In this document: in pieces, positions 1 through 12,330 of the stretch | Layout of the letters: each line of letters starts with the position of its first letter | How positions within the stretch are numbered: the stretch's first letter is position 1 | Origin: Octopus bimaculoides | Lineage: Eukaryota | Length of the DNA: 64,000 nt | Assembly: GCF_001194135.2 (NCBI RefSeq) | Contig: NC_068984.1 | Location: 66,453,950 to 66,517,949, forward strand | Direction of reading: 5' to 3' | Notes under the pieces: generated by a model | Told to the model about the DNA's origin: nothing | Seen by the model: only the letters and a program-made list of their open reading frames with translations | The model's database searches: none | Position numbers and translations under genes: made by a program

Positions 1-326
1 TATGTAAAAATTTACCTATGGTGTGTCAGATAATAGACTAATCAAGGATTTTGTAGTAAGTTTTATATTTTTATGCACTGTTTTGATAAATAATTTAGTT
101 AAATATATTTGTTTGAAAGAAATTTTTTGTAAACTTTCAGGAGAACATGAAATAAGTCTTCTTTGGAATAGTGGATCTTGAGGCAAAAATAAACCTATAA
201 ATATCAGCAGTCTTCGAATTATGCTATCCCAAATGGTTTTACAATCCAGTATTTACATGCAATTATTTTATAGCTTTATGTGTGCTTCTAGATCCAATAT
301 ATATATTAACTATGTTTTATGGAGCT

Positions 327-953
327 GACCTGGCAAGCCAACTGAGACCATAACCCGTGGCCTATGCCAGTGGTGTAACCAGCCCACTTATGTGTACCTT
401 TCTTTCTTTGGACACTAAACTCTGCTTGCGAAGACCTGTTGAGGCAAGTGAAATCGAAATCAAATTTGCTGACGTGGCTGATGACAGCACTGCATGACTG
501 GCATCCGTGCTAGTGGAACACTAAGAGCACCATCTGGGCTTGATCGTTGTCAGGGCCACTGACTGGCTCCCTTGCCAGTGGCATGTAAACAACACCATTC
601 GAGTGTGATCGTTACCAGCATTGCCTTACTGGCACTTGTGCTGGTGGCACGTGAAAGACAACATTCGAGTGAGGTCACTGCCAGTGCCACTGGACTAGCT
701 CCTGTGCAGGTGGCATGTAAAAACACCACTTGAGCATGGCTGTTGCCAGTACCGCTTGACTGGCCCTCATGCCGGTGGCATGTAAAAGCACCCACTACAC
801 TCTCGGAGTGGTTGGCGTTAGGAAGGGCATCCAGCTGTAGAAACTCTGCCAGATCAGATTGGAGCCTGGTGCAGCCATCTGGCTTGCCAGTCCTCAGTCA
901 AACCGTCCAACCCATGCCAGCATGGAAAGCGCAGTTAGACGATGATGATGATG
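327..953 (+). mobile_element. RTE-clade LINE, 5'-truncated (3' UTR with 5 x ~65-bp internal repeat and (GAT)n tail)
   Basis: Same sequence lies directly 3' of an RTE RT remnant in the copy at 30386-31580; ends ...CCCATGCCAGCATGGAAAGC...GATGATGATGATGA. Confidence 0.85.
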
Positions 954-957
954 AGAT

Positions 958-1112
958 GTGGCTACATAGCTAAGAAGTTTGCTTCATAGCCACAAGGTTT
1001 TGGGTTCAGTCCTATTGTACAACCCCCAAGCTAACCAAAGTACTTTGTGAATGGATTTGATTTAAAGAAACTGAAAGAAGCCCATCACACACACAAACAC
1101 ACAAGTGCAGGA
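958..1112 (+). mobile_element. SINE family A, degraded 5' part
   Basis: Head GTGGCT...AAGAAGTTTGCTTC...GGGTTCAGTCC and GAAACTGAAAGAAGCCC shared with 44075 and 45717 copies. Confidence 0.65.
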
Positions 1113-1400
1113 GGGCTGTACCAGGTTCCAGTTTGATTTGGATTGGTTTCTATGGCTACATGCTATTCCTAACAGCAACAGCTTTAAAGTGTCTACAAGA
1201 TACTTTTATTGTGGCACTGAAAGGAGCACTTTTATCTGGTGCTGGCATGAATCTGTCTTCAATGCTGGCATGGGTTGAAAGGCTTGACAGAATCCAACTC
1301 GTTTGAGGACTTCATGAAGCTTCAATAGAATCTGCTTTGGCATAAATCCTATGATTGAACAACTTTCCTAACACCAACTACTTTATAAAATGTACTGAGT
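1113..1400 (-). mobile_element. Two degraded RTE-tail/SINE-tail fragments
   Basis: Reverse-complement matches to 790-950 (GGCTACATGCTATTCCTAAC, TGCTGGCATGGGTTG, TTTCCTAACACCAAC). Confidence 0.55.
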
Positions 1401-1465
1401 ATTTGTTACAGCACCAGTACAAGACAGGTTGCCAAAGAAATTGCAAACTGGAAAAAGTTTAGGAA

Positions 1466-1597
1466 TGGCATGGTGTGGCTGTGTGGTAGGAGGTTTGCTT
1501 CTCAACCACATTTGCCCAAGATGCCACGCTATGGTACTGAACCTAAAACCATATGGTTTGAAAGCAAACTTCTGACCACACAGCCGTGTCTGTGTCT
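1466..1597. mobile_element. Two SINE family A head fragments in inverted orientation
   Basis: GGCTGTGTGGTAGGAGGTTTGCTTCTCAACCACAT on + and GGCTGTGTGGTCAGAAGTTTGCTTTCAAACCATAT on -. Confidence 0.7.
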
Positions 1598-1599
1598 AC

Positions 1600-2101
1600 A
1601 TACATATGGTGGTTGTCTACTCCCTATGCAGAGTTTGACCACCTCCTGTATCTACATCTTAGAACCATCATTGCCTCTGATGTGGCTTTTTAAACCAGAC
1701 AATGTTCTGAATAGACATCCGCATAGATTGTACATCTGATTTGGACCACCAAGAGCTGCAGATAAATTCTGATTTTTGTGCATTTTAAAATGTCTTTTGA
1801 GACCCCTGTTAGATTTACAAACCTTCTAGCATACACTGCATTCAAAGGTGAGCACAGCCATATAGGCAGAATAGTTGGTGGAGGTTCATTTTCCATGGGT
1901 TTGCAAATGAGATTTCAGCCCAGCAAAAGAAAGGCATGGTCTGTCACAAACTGTGCACACAAAAAGGTCATTGTCATTCACCTTCTCGATCATAACATTC
2001 TTCCTTAAATCTCTTTTGAGTCTTGCATGCATTATCCTGGCCTCTTCAGATGCTTTCACTCTGCTCCACACTTTTGTTCACCATCTAACTCGATCCAAGC
2101 C
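1600..2101 (-). mobile_element. RTE (BovB-like) LINE 3' end; decayed ORF C-terminus with three C2H2 zinc fingers
   Basis: One frame with in-frame stops: LDRVRW*TKVWSRVKASEEARIMHARLKRDLRK...FVCTVCDRPCLSFAGLKSHLQTH GK*...FECSVC*KVCKSNRGLKRHFKMH...YNLCGCLFRTLSGLKSHIRGN...*; upstream end is lost in (TA)n and the gap. Confidence 0.85.
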
Positions 2102-2104
2102 TAC

Positions 2105-2138
<34 letters not shown>

Positions 2139-2758
2139 NNNNNNNNNNNNNNNNNNNNNNNNNNNNNNNNNNNNNNNNNNNNNNNNNNNNNNNNNNNNNN
2201 NNNNNNNNNNNNNNNNNNNNNNNNNNNNNNNNNNNNNNNNNNNNNNNNNNNNNNNNNNNNNNNNNNNNNNNNNNNNNNNNNNNNNNNNNNNNNNNNNNNN
2301 NNNNNNNNNNNNNNNNNNNNNNNNNNNNNNNNNNNNNNNNNNNNNNNNNNNNNNNNNNNNNNNNNNNNNNNNNNNNNNNNNNNNNNNNNNNNNNNNNNNN
2401 NNNNNNNNNNNNNNNNNNNNNNNNNNNNNNNNNNNNNNNNNNNNNNNNNNNNNNNNNNNNNNNNNNNNNNNNNNNNNNNNNNNNNNNNNNNNNNNNNNNN
2501 NNNNNNNNNNNNNNNNNNNNNNNNNNNNNNNNNNNNNNNNNNNNNNNNNNNNNNNNNNNNNNNNNNNNNNNNNNNNNNNNNNNNNNNNNNNNNNNNNNNN
2601 NNNNNNNNNNNNNNNNNNNNNNNNNNNNNNNNNNNNNNNNNNNNNNNNNNNNNNNNNNNNNNNNNNNNNNNNNNNNNNNNNNNNNNNNNNNNNNNNNNNN
2701 NNNNNNNNNNNNNNNNNNNNNNNNNNNNNNNNNNNNNNNNNNNNNNNNNNNNNNNNNN
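2139..2758. other. Assembly gap flanked by (TA)n (other gaps: 21205-21214, 42215-42450, 43202-43211, 45532-45671, 49096-49105, 54050-54074)
   Basis: N runs, all bordered by simple repeats. Confidence 0.99.
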
Positions 2759-2792
<34 letters not shown>

Positions 2793-3109
2793 TCATACAC
2801 ATTCATATATACACACACCACCTACCCAAATTTGTGGCATTAAGTATATATCAAAAGTACATTATTTTATAGGAACATGAGCTTTCTTTCTGTATTTGAT
2901 AGAAACAGAAACAAAATGCTAAAATTTCTCACCAGACTTCTGTCGTTAGATTGTTAAGGTGATGCTGATAAAATACAAAACTAGTGCAGTTCTTAGCACT
3001 GGAGTGCTAACAGAATAAGAAGTAATATGTGCTCTTATGGCTTGAGATGCTGAGAATATTGAAAGAAATTTCTTGAAGGCATATTTTATCTACTTTCCAA
3101 ACCTGTGAA

Positions 3110-3335
3110 TATTATATGTCAATGGAGGTTATGGTGATTGTGGTGGTGGTGGTGGTGGTGATCATGGTTGTGGTTATGGTGGCAGTGATGATGATGATGA
3201 TGAGTAGGAGGATAAAGATGGTGAATGGCAGTGGTGTTTGTGGTGATGATTTTATGATGATGAAGACAATAAAGATGATGTTGATGTTAATGATGGTGAT
3301 TATACTTGTGGTTTATGGTAGAGCTGGTGGTGACT
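3110..3335. repeat. Degenerate (GAT/GGT)n triplet repeat
   Basis: Direct inspection. Confidence 0.9.
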
Positions 3336-3715
3336 AGAGATCATTTCTGGGAGGCAAAAAGAGAAATAAGTAAAAGAACAGAAATTTAAACCATTCTGTA
3401 TTCTCAGATAATACTAAATCTTGGACAATTTGCATAAAATGTAAGCACTGAGATTGCGAAAAATACCATTCAGAAGCAATTTATTGTTACCTAAGGTAAA
3501 AATAATCAAAATGCTATCAGAGTTTGAGTGCTCGGACAGAATCTAAGTAGGGGATTAGATAATACCGGAGCTGTTTGGAGCAAAGTATGAAATAATGGTC
3601 AGCGTGATGATGGCAATTTGTAACCTTGTATGTAGTGGAAAGTTGTGCCAAGAGAATTGGCTGCAATCCATTGCTGTTGTTGGCTACATAACAATGGAAA
3701 ACTAATAACAGATTC

Positions 3716-3785
3716 ATTATTATTATTATTATAATTATTATTATTATTATTATTATTATTATCATTATTATTATTATCATTATTA
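3716..3785. repeat. (TTA)n microsatellite
   Basis: Direct inspection. Confidence 0.95.
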
Positions 3786-4218
3786 CAACTCTTTAAAATT
3801 CAGATATGTGCACTATTTTCTATCAGATGAAATTGCTGGTTAACAGGTAACCTCTATTAAACTATCGGATGTGGTGACCAACAGAGAATCTGTTTGCACT
3901 ATATTTTCTATCTTTTTTTTTTGTTGTTATCTCGAGTTGCATAATAGATAAATAAACAAATCAACATTTCAGCATGTTTGTGCGTGTGCATATGTGTGTG
4001 TTTTTCTTTCTGACAGCAAATTGGAATAAATATTGTTTACTTTTGTTTGTCGCTTACAATGGAATTTAATTCCTCTGTGTTCTACTGAAGAGAAAAATTA
4101 TATGTCTACAGTGAGAACATTCTTACTTTATGTTTTCAGCTGTAACAATTCATAGTTTCTCTCTCATAACTCACAAGTTTCTGTAAGATTTACACATATT
4201 CTTATCTTCCTGTTGCTT

Positions 4219-4255
<37 letters not shown>

Positions 4256-4781
4256 ACACATGTAGTAACTCAATTAAAATGAAATTGCTACCTAACAGAA
4301 ACTGTCTTACAATATTCAGACTTACTGCAGTAGTTCTTCAAGTTCAAATCCCACCAGGATTGACTTGACTCTTTTAATACCAAACCACCTGAGACAGTTC
4401 CGGTTGTATGTTACCAACTTCCTCTTTTAACGTGAACTAAATTATAACTTTCCATCAAAATGTCATCTCAGTTACATTCCATGCACCAATTTAATAAGAG
4501 TTTAAACTTTTATCTTTCTAGCATTAATAAGATAAATGCTAGTAGTGCTTATGATTTTATCAGTGCTTTCTCTGTTCTGTCAAATATTGGCCTTTGTTTG
4601 TCCCATAGGAGATAGAAATCACTGTTAATTAAAGATATAACAGTGGGGAATTTTACTGTGAGAATTGATTACTGTATGATTTCTAGGTCAGCGTCTCACT
4701 GATCTGAATTCCGTTCTTGTAGACATCAATGAAATTATTTGATCTAAAAGTATAATTCTGTGAATTGTTTTTCTTTCTTAA

Positions 4782-5010
4782 CCCTAATTGATACCAACCC
4801 ACCTGGAGCTATTTCTTGTTCTGTTATTGAAATGTTTCTCTTTTAAAGAGACCTAAATTAAAATTCCCCTACCAAAATTTCATGTTAATTGATGTTCTGA
4901 TCATCAGATTAATAACAACTAAGTTATTTAACCACATCCTTTGCTATTTAAAAAAAAAATGAATTAAAATTAAATGGTTGTATTTTAACAGAAATGTGGT
5001 GAGAGAAGAG
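4782..5010. mobile_element. piggyBac-like MITE
   Basis: TTAA|CCCTAATT...AGAAGAG|TTAA; reverse-complement homolog at 16225-16446. Confidence 0.65.
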
Positions 5011-5344
5011 TTAAAAGCAATAGGGTTTTTAAATTTTTTGATTAAGTTTGAGGAGGGAGGACAGTGGCCATGAGTTTATTGCATGGCATTCAAGGCTAGT
5101 GGGTAATTAGGAAGCAAAAAATCACAAAACGTATGGGTTGCTGTGCTAGAAAGCTGAGTAACTCAAGATATTAAGTTATTCTCAGATCTGAAACTTAGTC
5201 TGAATACATCCAACAGAATAAACTCAACTAATGGGCAAGAGTTTTTGCACTTAACCTTGTAATGGATTAAACATACTATCTAAAAACAGACACATTCCAT
5301 CCAATGGCCACCCACACAATTTTCATCAACTAATGACATATAGG

Positions 5345-5470
5345 GCTTGGATTAATTTTGAGGCTATGGTTGAAGACATTGTCCTAAGGTACTGTGCAGT
5401 AGGATTGAAATTAGAAATGTGCAATTGTAAAACAATCTTCTTAATCACTTGACCATGGCTTATACCATGA
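5345..5470 (-). mobile_element. SINE family A fragment
   Basis: GAGGCTATGGTTGAAGACATTGTCCTAAGGTACTGTGCAG matches the reverse complement of the family A head. Confidence 0.55.
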
Positions 5471-5825
5471 ATAAAAACTACCATTAATCCAACTGACATA
5501 AGCACTTTCCTTATCTTCTCATATATGAAGAGGAATATGCTTTCACACATAAACAGAAATGGAGGACCAATCATCATGTGTCAAGTCAATATTGAATCAG
5601 CAATGCAAAATAGGCAGTGCCAAAATGGCTGCACCAAAATGCCTCATACCCATGTTGACCATGCATTTGCACATATATGCTCAGGTCTGAGCTAGGTGGG
5701 TTTTTTTTTTCAGGGAGGACCTGCAGTTTGTCCATGCATGCAAGTTTTGCCTCACCATACCACTTACATTTATTCAACCCAAAATGAGAATTATTAAGAA
5801 CAACAGTACGATGATACACTATATT

Positions 5826-6029
5826 GGTTTCCAATTTTGACTCAAGGCCAGCAATATTGGGGAAGGTGCTATTTGACTACACCAACCCCAGTGCTCAATG
5901 GGTACTTATTTATAAAAGGATGAAAGGAAAAGTCAACCTCAGCAGAATTGAACTCAGAACATAAAGGTGGATGAAATGCTGCTAAGCATTTTGCCCAGCA
6001 TGCTAACAATTCTGCCAGCTCACTGCCCT
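5826..6029 (-). mobile_element. SINE family D (tRNA-headed, ~210 bp)
   Basis: GAGCTGGCAGAATTGTTAGCA head, GAGTTCAATTC B-box, AAGTACC...GGCCTTG...AAAATTGGAAACC tail; many homologs in window. Confidence 0.85.
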
Positions 6030-8949
6030 ATGGGGATACACCATATTACCAAACTATACAGCTCATATTAGCAAAGAACAGTATATATTTCAAGGGTCTA
6101 TTCTGACCTATAGTAGGAACACCTGTCAGCCATTCCAGCTATGGGTTAATTAGCATATTAGGACGTGCCTACTCATGCATGTGAAGACTGAATCTAGTGG
6201 AATCTGCCAAAGAAACCTTCATGATTTAGTGGAGGAGAAGGTGACAGTACCAACACATTGTGGAGTGCAGAGAATGAGATGTGGCAAATAAGGCATCTTG
6301 GTTATCCACTGTATCCATCTCCACCCTAGTTGTCTTGATCTGGTCTTGCTATTCTATTGAAAATGGTCACAGATTAGGGTGAGATTGATGGAGTGTAACT
6401 TTTTCACATTAAACAATGTCACTGCACAAGCCATCAGCCATCCTTAAGGATGCCAAGATGGTCCTCATTGCTCCAACAGTTGAACATAATGTTAAAATTT
6501 AGTGCCAGAGAGGGAGACACAGCATAATTTCTTAAACATATACAAACAGAAACAAATATCCATCAAATTTCACTGTATCATCTTTCAAAATGGAAAAGTG
6601 CATTGGATAATTGCAGATTTAGACACTTTATCTGTGTTGATTTTGGAATAAAGAATAATAATGTCATTAGTGAATATGGTACATGATAAAAGCTCATAAT
6701 CCAGAAATTCTGCATAGAGATGTAATTATTTTTTTTATGTAAGGCATATTAGTTCTTTTGACTTATATCATTTAAATAGAAGTACAATTTACATTTTGAA
6801 ACTGAGAAACAATAGCTGTTACAACAAGAGTTTTAACAGCTATTAATTGGGTTTTCATATGAATAGTAAATAACAAATTCAGAAAATTAACAATTGTACT
6901 AAAAGTGGTGAAGTAGAGAAGAGACAGTACATTGACAACCGATTGGTCGTAATACATTGCTAAGTGAAGACTTTTCTATCAGGTGGATGGCATTTTGTGG
7001 GCAGATATAAAATGTGATGTATGTTTTCTCATAAATAGTTTCTTCTTGATATTTTTTTGAAAAAATAAATGAATTATTTTAAATCACTTTTGTTCACGCT
7101 GATAGCCCCAAGTAATTATAACCTCCTAAGTTAACTCCCTTTGGGATTATTATATGCAGAAACGGTTTTCTAGTTTGAATTAATAACACACATTCTGTCT
7201 GAGTGAAGATTAGTTTTGAATAATTTTTATATCGTTTTATTAAAGCTACAAAATCAAATTCATAAATAGATGTGATAATTTAGTTATCAGTCTTTCATTA
7301 CTGTGTAATTATGATGATATTTTCATTATAACTTTTTTATTATTTTTCAGTTATCACGCCCAAACATTTCTAACCCATTACTTTTATCAAAACATTAACA
7401 ATTTTAGTGTTGATGTTATCTATTTTAGTGAAGATAATTTTGTGGATATTATTTTTCTCTTCTTCTATGCTTAATTGCTTTTGGAAATAAAACATTACTA
7501 TTTAATAAAAAAAAAAAATCAAGCTAAATAATCAGTTCAGTTATGAGAAATTTATGGTCAATGAGTTCAAATTATAATTGAGCCAGAGTGACACAGGAAT
7601 ACCATATCTCATTTTATGGTGTTTAAAGAAAGCAAAGCATTGAAACTACTAAATCTATTAACCTGAAGTAAGATGAATGAAGGCTTATGGTCTTATATTT
7701 ACCATCAAAGTTTGAAAGTGATTATCTCTATTTGATTCTACTAAAATAAATAGTTCCATATTATATAATGGCTAAAATAGTCTCCAGTAGTAAGCAATGA
7801 TAGTGTACTCTTTGGTTAGGTATTAGAGCAATGGCTGTATTCATAATCCAAGGGATGGAGAAAGCTTCCTGAATATCAACTAGTCAGTTGAGATGTCATA
7901 GTTAATTTATAATTTACTAACATTCTGTAACTTGATAAATCTGAGGTGGTTGTGCTTATATACAAGAAATCAATATTCTATGTAGCTAACATCTTATCTA
8001 CAGTCATTTAAGAGTAAGAATTGGTCATGTGTTTCAAAGAACAGCTGTTAATATCTGTATTTTTGAAATGAGTTATTATTGTAACAACTTAAATTCTTTG
8101 AGATATAAACCATATCTTTTGTGTATTTGTCTGTTAAATTGTTTCAGCTGGTTCATTCTGTAATCTTCACTTATCCCATGTTTATATATTTACATTCATG
8201 TACATAAAGCTAAGTGCTTTAGAACATTGAATCCCTTTAATTAGAAACAAAAGTCATAATTTAAACCATTGCTGTGATTTCAAACACAGGTGTATATATA
8301 ACATTGTGATTGTTGGGAATATAGTATTTACTTGTATGAAAAACATACTGGTATTAATAATACATAGCACCACATGGTATACATCATAATTCATTTGAGT
8401 GTAACTAAACATGCTTAGGCTTGCATGTGACTCAACTGATCTGAATGGGAAGCAATTTTAAGAAGAGTCAAACTTGCAAATAGCTTAGTTTCTAAAGATA
8501 TCTGCCGTTAACTTTGGTTTAGTCAAAACGAATTTTGCTGCATGACTAAATAAGATGACACTCTAAGATAAGTTGTAAAACTTGGTAAATTAATTTTTTT
8601 ACCAAAATCAAGCATTTAATCAAACCTCCCAAAGAAGTCCAGGCAATGAACAACTGATGAGCTTGTGAATTCAGATGTTGCTGTTTCTATTCCAGTATAC
8701 CTTTGGACAAAGAATATAACTCTTCTTTCTCTAGTTCATAAATTCTATTTCTATTTCAAGGTTAAAGGGCTTTAGAAGCAATAGAACTCATGAGCTTTTG
8801 GTGTCTTTCAGAGATTTTTGAATTTGATGCTGACAATTTCTTGTTTGAACATTTATAGGGGAAAATGCTCGCAATATAGTATGAACTTTGCAAAGAAAAA
8901 GAGAAGGTGCCCAATGACCAGATGACTACCACAAGGTCCAGTCTTTATG

Positions 8950-9420
8950 GTATGGTGGTTTGAGTGTTCCAATAACTCTGAGAGCTACACCAGTAGAGCA
9001 CCAACACCTGGTAGGACCTCGGGCTGGTCATGCCAAAGGATAGAGGCCAAAGTAGTATAGACCAGCTCTTCTTGCAGGGGAAAATTGATTCATGTAGAGT
9101 AAACACTCCTACCAACAATGTAAAGCAAAGTTGCAGAAATATCTATCACAATTGTAAACTAAAGATATCTGGGAGAGGAAGGCCTTCACTCAGAGTAACA
9201 TATGACATTTCAAGCCCTGATCTGGATGCCACAAAAGAGGACACTTTGAAGATAGCCTTAAAATAGCTGGAGACGAGATACTGAGCGAGAACCAAAAAAA
9301 TGCAGGGATCCAATTTGAGAAAAGTAAAAAAGACAGCCCAATGTTGAGAACAGTGGAAGATGTCATCAATGGCTTATGTTTGGCAGGGAGTGAAGGGTTT
9401 AATAAATAAGAATCCGGTGG
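8950..9420 (+). mobile_element. Internally deleted (bipartite) RTE-like element: 5'-UTR-like part joined to ORF C-terminus/3' end
   Basis: 3' half decodes as QALIWMPQKR...NSWRRDTERE...KKTAQC*EQWK...NGLCLAGSEG, typical of the SR2/Perere-3-like RTE C-terminus; 5' half resembles RTE 5' UTRs as I recall them. Confidence 0.55.
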
Positions 9421-10959
9421 AGGCTTTAAACATAATAGTGTGTTAGTCTCAGGTGCAGTTAAATTATCATCTAGTTGTAAACAAAATATATTTGTTCAAA
9501 TAATATGCCAATATTTGAATTTGCAAATACTGCTTGACTAAATCAGTGGGCAGAAAAATTAAGATGTAAATGTTTTATGTTTTTAACTAGTTCAAGCATA
9601 TAAATTAAATATGCCAAAATACATCTGCAAGGTGGTTTTTCCTTATACAGTAAATGAAAAATGTGTATAAAAAAGGGGTTTTATTATGAATGCATAAAAT
9701 TAGAAATATGTAGTAAATATTTTATTTATTCACCTTTTTTTTCCTATTAATAATTATAATAATAATGGTAATAGTCAATAATGAAAAATTATTGGAAATG
9801 CCTTCTTTACCAACAATCTCTTTTGTATATATCTCCCTGCTTTTTCTTTTCCTTCTTTTTTTTTGTTTTTGGTTTTAGCATTGTGATGGTGGTGGTGGTT
9901 TTGTAATAATACAACCATTAATATCATAACAAACAAAAACAAGAGAAAACTTATCATTTATGATTTGTATTGATTGTTGTTATTCATTTGAATCATGTAG
10001 GAAGATTACTGTTAGGCTTTAAGAAAACATAAAGAGATTTTGATGAAAGAACTCCCATCACATCTCTTACCCTCTCTCTCTCCATCCCTCTCTTCCTCCC
10101 TCCCTCTCTCCCTTTCTATTTTTCTCATCTTCTGTCTCCCTCTAGAAAATTGAACTAACTTTCATATGGACACACAGACTTTCTACAAGTGGTCTACCAT
10201 TGGGACAGATATTTCTAACAGAATTGGTTAACATGAATGAATGAAGAAACAATACTCCTTTTGTCCCATTAAATTCTCTTGAATACTTTGCTTTGGTAAA
10301 TATATAGAAAGAAATTTGGTGCCAAGATTCTCATTGTTTAGGTGCTTCTATAGCTAGACCAACATTAATTCTTTCTAAACAGATACTATCATATTTCATA
10401 AGATATTGTTTCCTCTGTCACCAAAACCATTGACTAAGGATTCAATAGCTTTTCCTTTCACTGCTGTGTATATATTCATGTATATAACTTGTGTGTGTAT
10501 ATGCTTGTACACATATATTACACACACACACACATTCACACATACACACATATATGATGTATGTATCTGTACATGTGTGTAAAGATATATAAGTATATGA
10601 TTATGTTAGTGTTTATTGGTACAGATAGAAATCTTGAAATATTTGTCTGTTCCTAGGGCATAAAACTATTAATAATGGTGATGTTTCAGATTTCTCAACA
10701 AAGCTTTGACCAAGACACAAGCAATTCTCATTTTCATGATAAAAATGACAGGATAGCTTATCTTTTAGTTCTTTAAAGTCAACCTCTTCCATTAATTCGA
10801 TACTGTCAAGTGATTTTTATTTTATTCTCTACTCTATGTGGTAGAATCTCTTCTATTTCAGGGTGACATCTGTTTATACTAATGGAAGATTTTTTTTGTC
10901 TTCTTTCGATTTATTTTGAAGCCTTTCCTAGACATTTATTTCACTTTTGTTACACGCAC

Positions 10960-11030
10960 ATTTAGCCTTCAAATAACAAATTAGATGTCTTGTAAATTGA
11001 CTAGGTTTATCTTTAGCTGTAATCTTTAGA
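10960..11030 (+). repeat. 71-bp segment duplicated at 13755-13825 (70/71 identical)
   Basis: ATTTAGCCTTCAAATAACAAATTAGATRTCTTGTAAATTGACTAGGTTTATCTTTAGCTGTAATCTTTAGA at both sites. Confidence 0.97.
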
Positions 11031-11899
11031 CAGTCACACTCCTTTGCAAATGCTACAGCATTTAATTCTCACTGACAATTTCTTTCATGGAGGTCACTCA
11101 TTAATCATGACTGTTATTGAGGCTGCATTACAAATCTAGGTTTCATCTGGTTCACTCCAGACACCTGCTAACCCTTTATCAAGCCCATATTTATCTTCAG
11201 ATGGTTTACTTTATCATATATTACATAAAATACAGACACACACATGCACATACACACACACACACATGCACTCAAATGGGCATGCACATGTACATACATT
11301 TTAAATCATGTCCAAAGTAAACCAACTGAGTGGATAACAACAGTTTCAGTGTTTCCAAAGACCCAAGTGTATTTTAAGAGCTGCTTCTTAGGTCTGATTT
11401 GATGGTACTAAATGAAAGATATATAAATTAGATACCCAAGATGCATTTGAAGCCTATGCCATAATTAATGCTTTGTAACTCTTTAAAGTACAAAATAGTT
11501 TAGAAATAATGAGCCAGCGTGAACTTTAATAAACATATGATAAATGTATTTCAGAGAATTAAATGATCACATATTCACTGGAATTAATTGAAATCCTCAC
11601 AAGAGACTTTCAAAAGAGTCTTGTTTTACTGAGAGTTATATTTTCTATGCAACTACTTGTGTGGGAAAGAAACAAACAGAGACAACAAAAGGAAGGTGTA
11701 TCTCTCTTTCATCTTGTAAGAGATGAAGCAAATTCTCTAATACCACTTTCGAAACAACTGGAGATAACATGTGGTAGAGAGGACACTTTTTGTTTTGCCA
11801 AGGACAAAGCAACCCCTCTAGTGCAGGTACCATAATGAAATACATCAACTACACACTGTTAAGTAGTTGATGATTGGACTAGCATCCAACAACAGACAC

Positions 11900-12330
11900 T
11901 ATTCCAAAAACTGTAACATATGAGCTCGATCTGATCCTCAACTTGTCTTGGAAGGTAGTAGCTCCTAATAACAACTGGGTCTAAATGAGAGTCTGTCCTA
12001 CCCATACTGACATGAAAAGCTAGATATAAAATTGATAATGATGATGAATGGGAGCCCAATGGAAAATGAAATGAATCATGCTCAGTATCACATTGTGGGA
12101 TAAGAAAATTAATGCCTAGATTTGCCTGGATTTGACAGCACACAAAAGTCGATGACATCATAAGAACCACCAAGGAGAAGAAATATAGATAGAATGGCCA
12201 CATTGTGCGACTGAAAGACAAAAGATGTTGTCAGGGTGATGGAATGGACTCCAAGACAATAGACAAGATGATCTCACCTCTTACCTGGGACCTACATTGT
12301 CACAACTGGTCAGAGACAGATAGTGGTGGA
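11900..12330 (+). mobile_element. Highly decayed RTE-1-like LINE ORF C-terminus
   Basis: Frames give IPKTVTYE and KVDDIIRTTKEKKYR*NGHIVRLKDKR...EWTP, matching the RTE motif KWxWAGHVAR..D.RW...EW.PR. Confidence 0.65.

Noticed and set aside
141-260. Acceptor-like tttcag at 140 followed by exon-looking sequence
   Set aside because: All three frames stop within 14 codons; no recognisable peptide.
513-840. Repeat-spacer appearance resembling a CRISPR array
   Set aside because: Lies in a eukaryotic LINE 3' UTR, the spacers are homologous to each other, and there are no cas genes.
1953-2872. Long ORFs of 230-296 aa in the track
   Set aside because: Artefacts of N gaps and (TA)n; likewise the ORFs at 42168-42530, 45480-45753 and 48987-49365.
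3535-3715. GC-richer segment beside (TTA)n, possibly an R4/Dong piece
   Set aside because: No translation matched motifs I know; left unclassified.
3116-3780. Poly-V/M/I ORFs suggestive of membrane proteins
   Set aside because: Translations of (GAT/GGT)n and (TTA)n microsatellites; likewise the poly-H/D/L ORFs at 57824, 59955-60496 and 63791.
4688-4746. Short exon-like readings on both strands (QRLTDLNSVLVDINEII*; SNNFIDVYKNGIQI)
   Set aside because: Mutually exclusive, short and unrecognised; consistent with chance.
11563-11835. 90-aa ORF upstream of the RTE remnant
   Set aside because: No motif, no consistent splice frame; possibly decayed LINE sequence.
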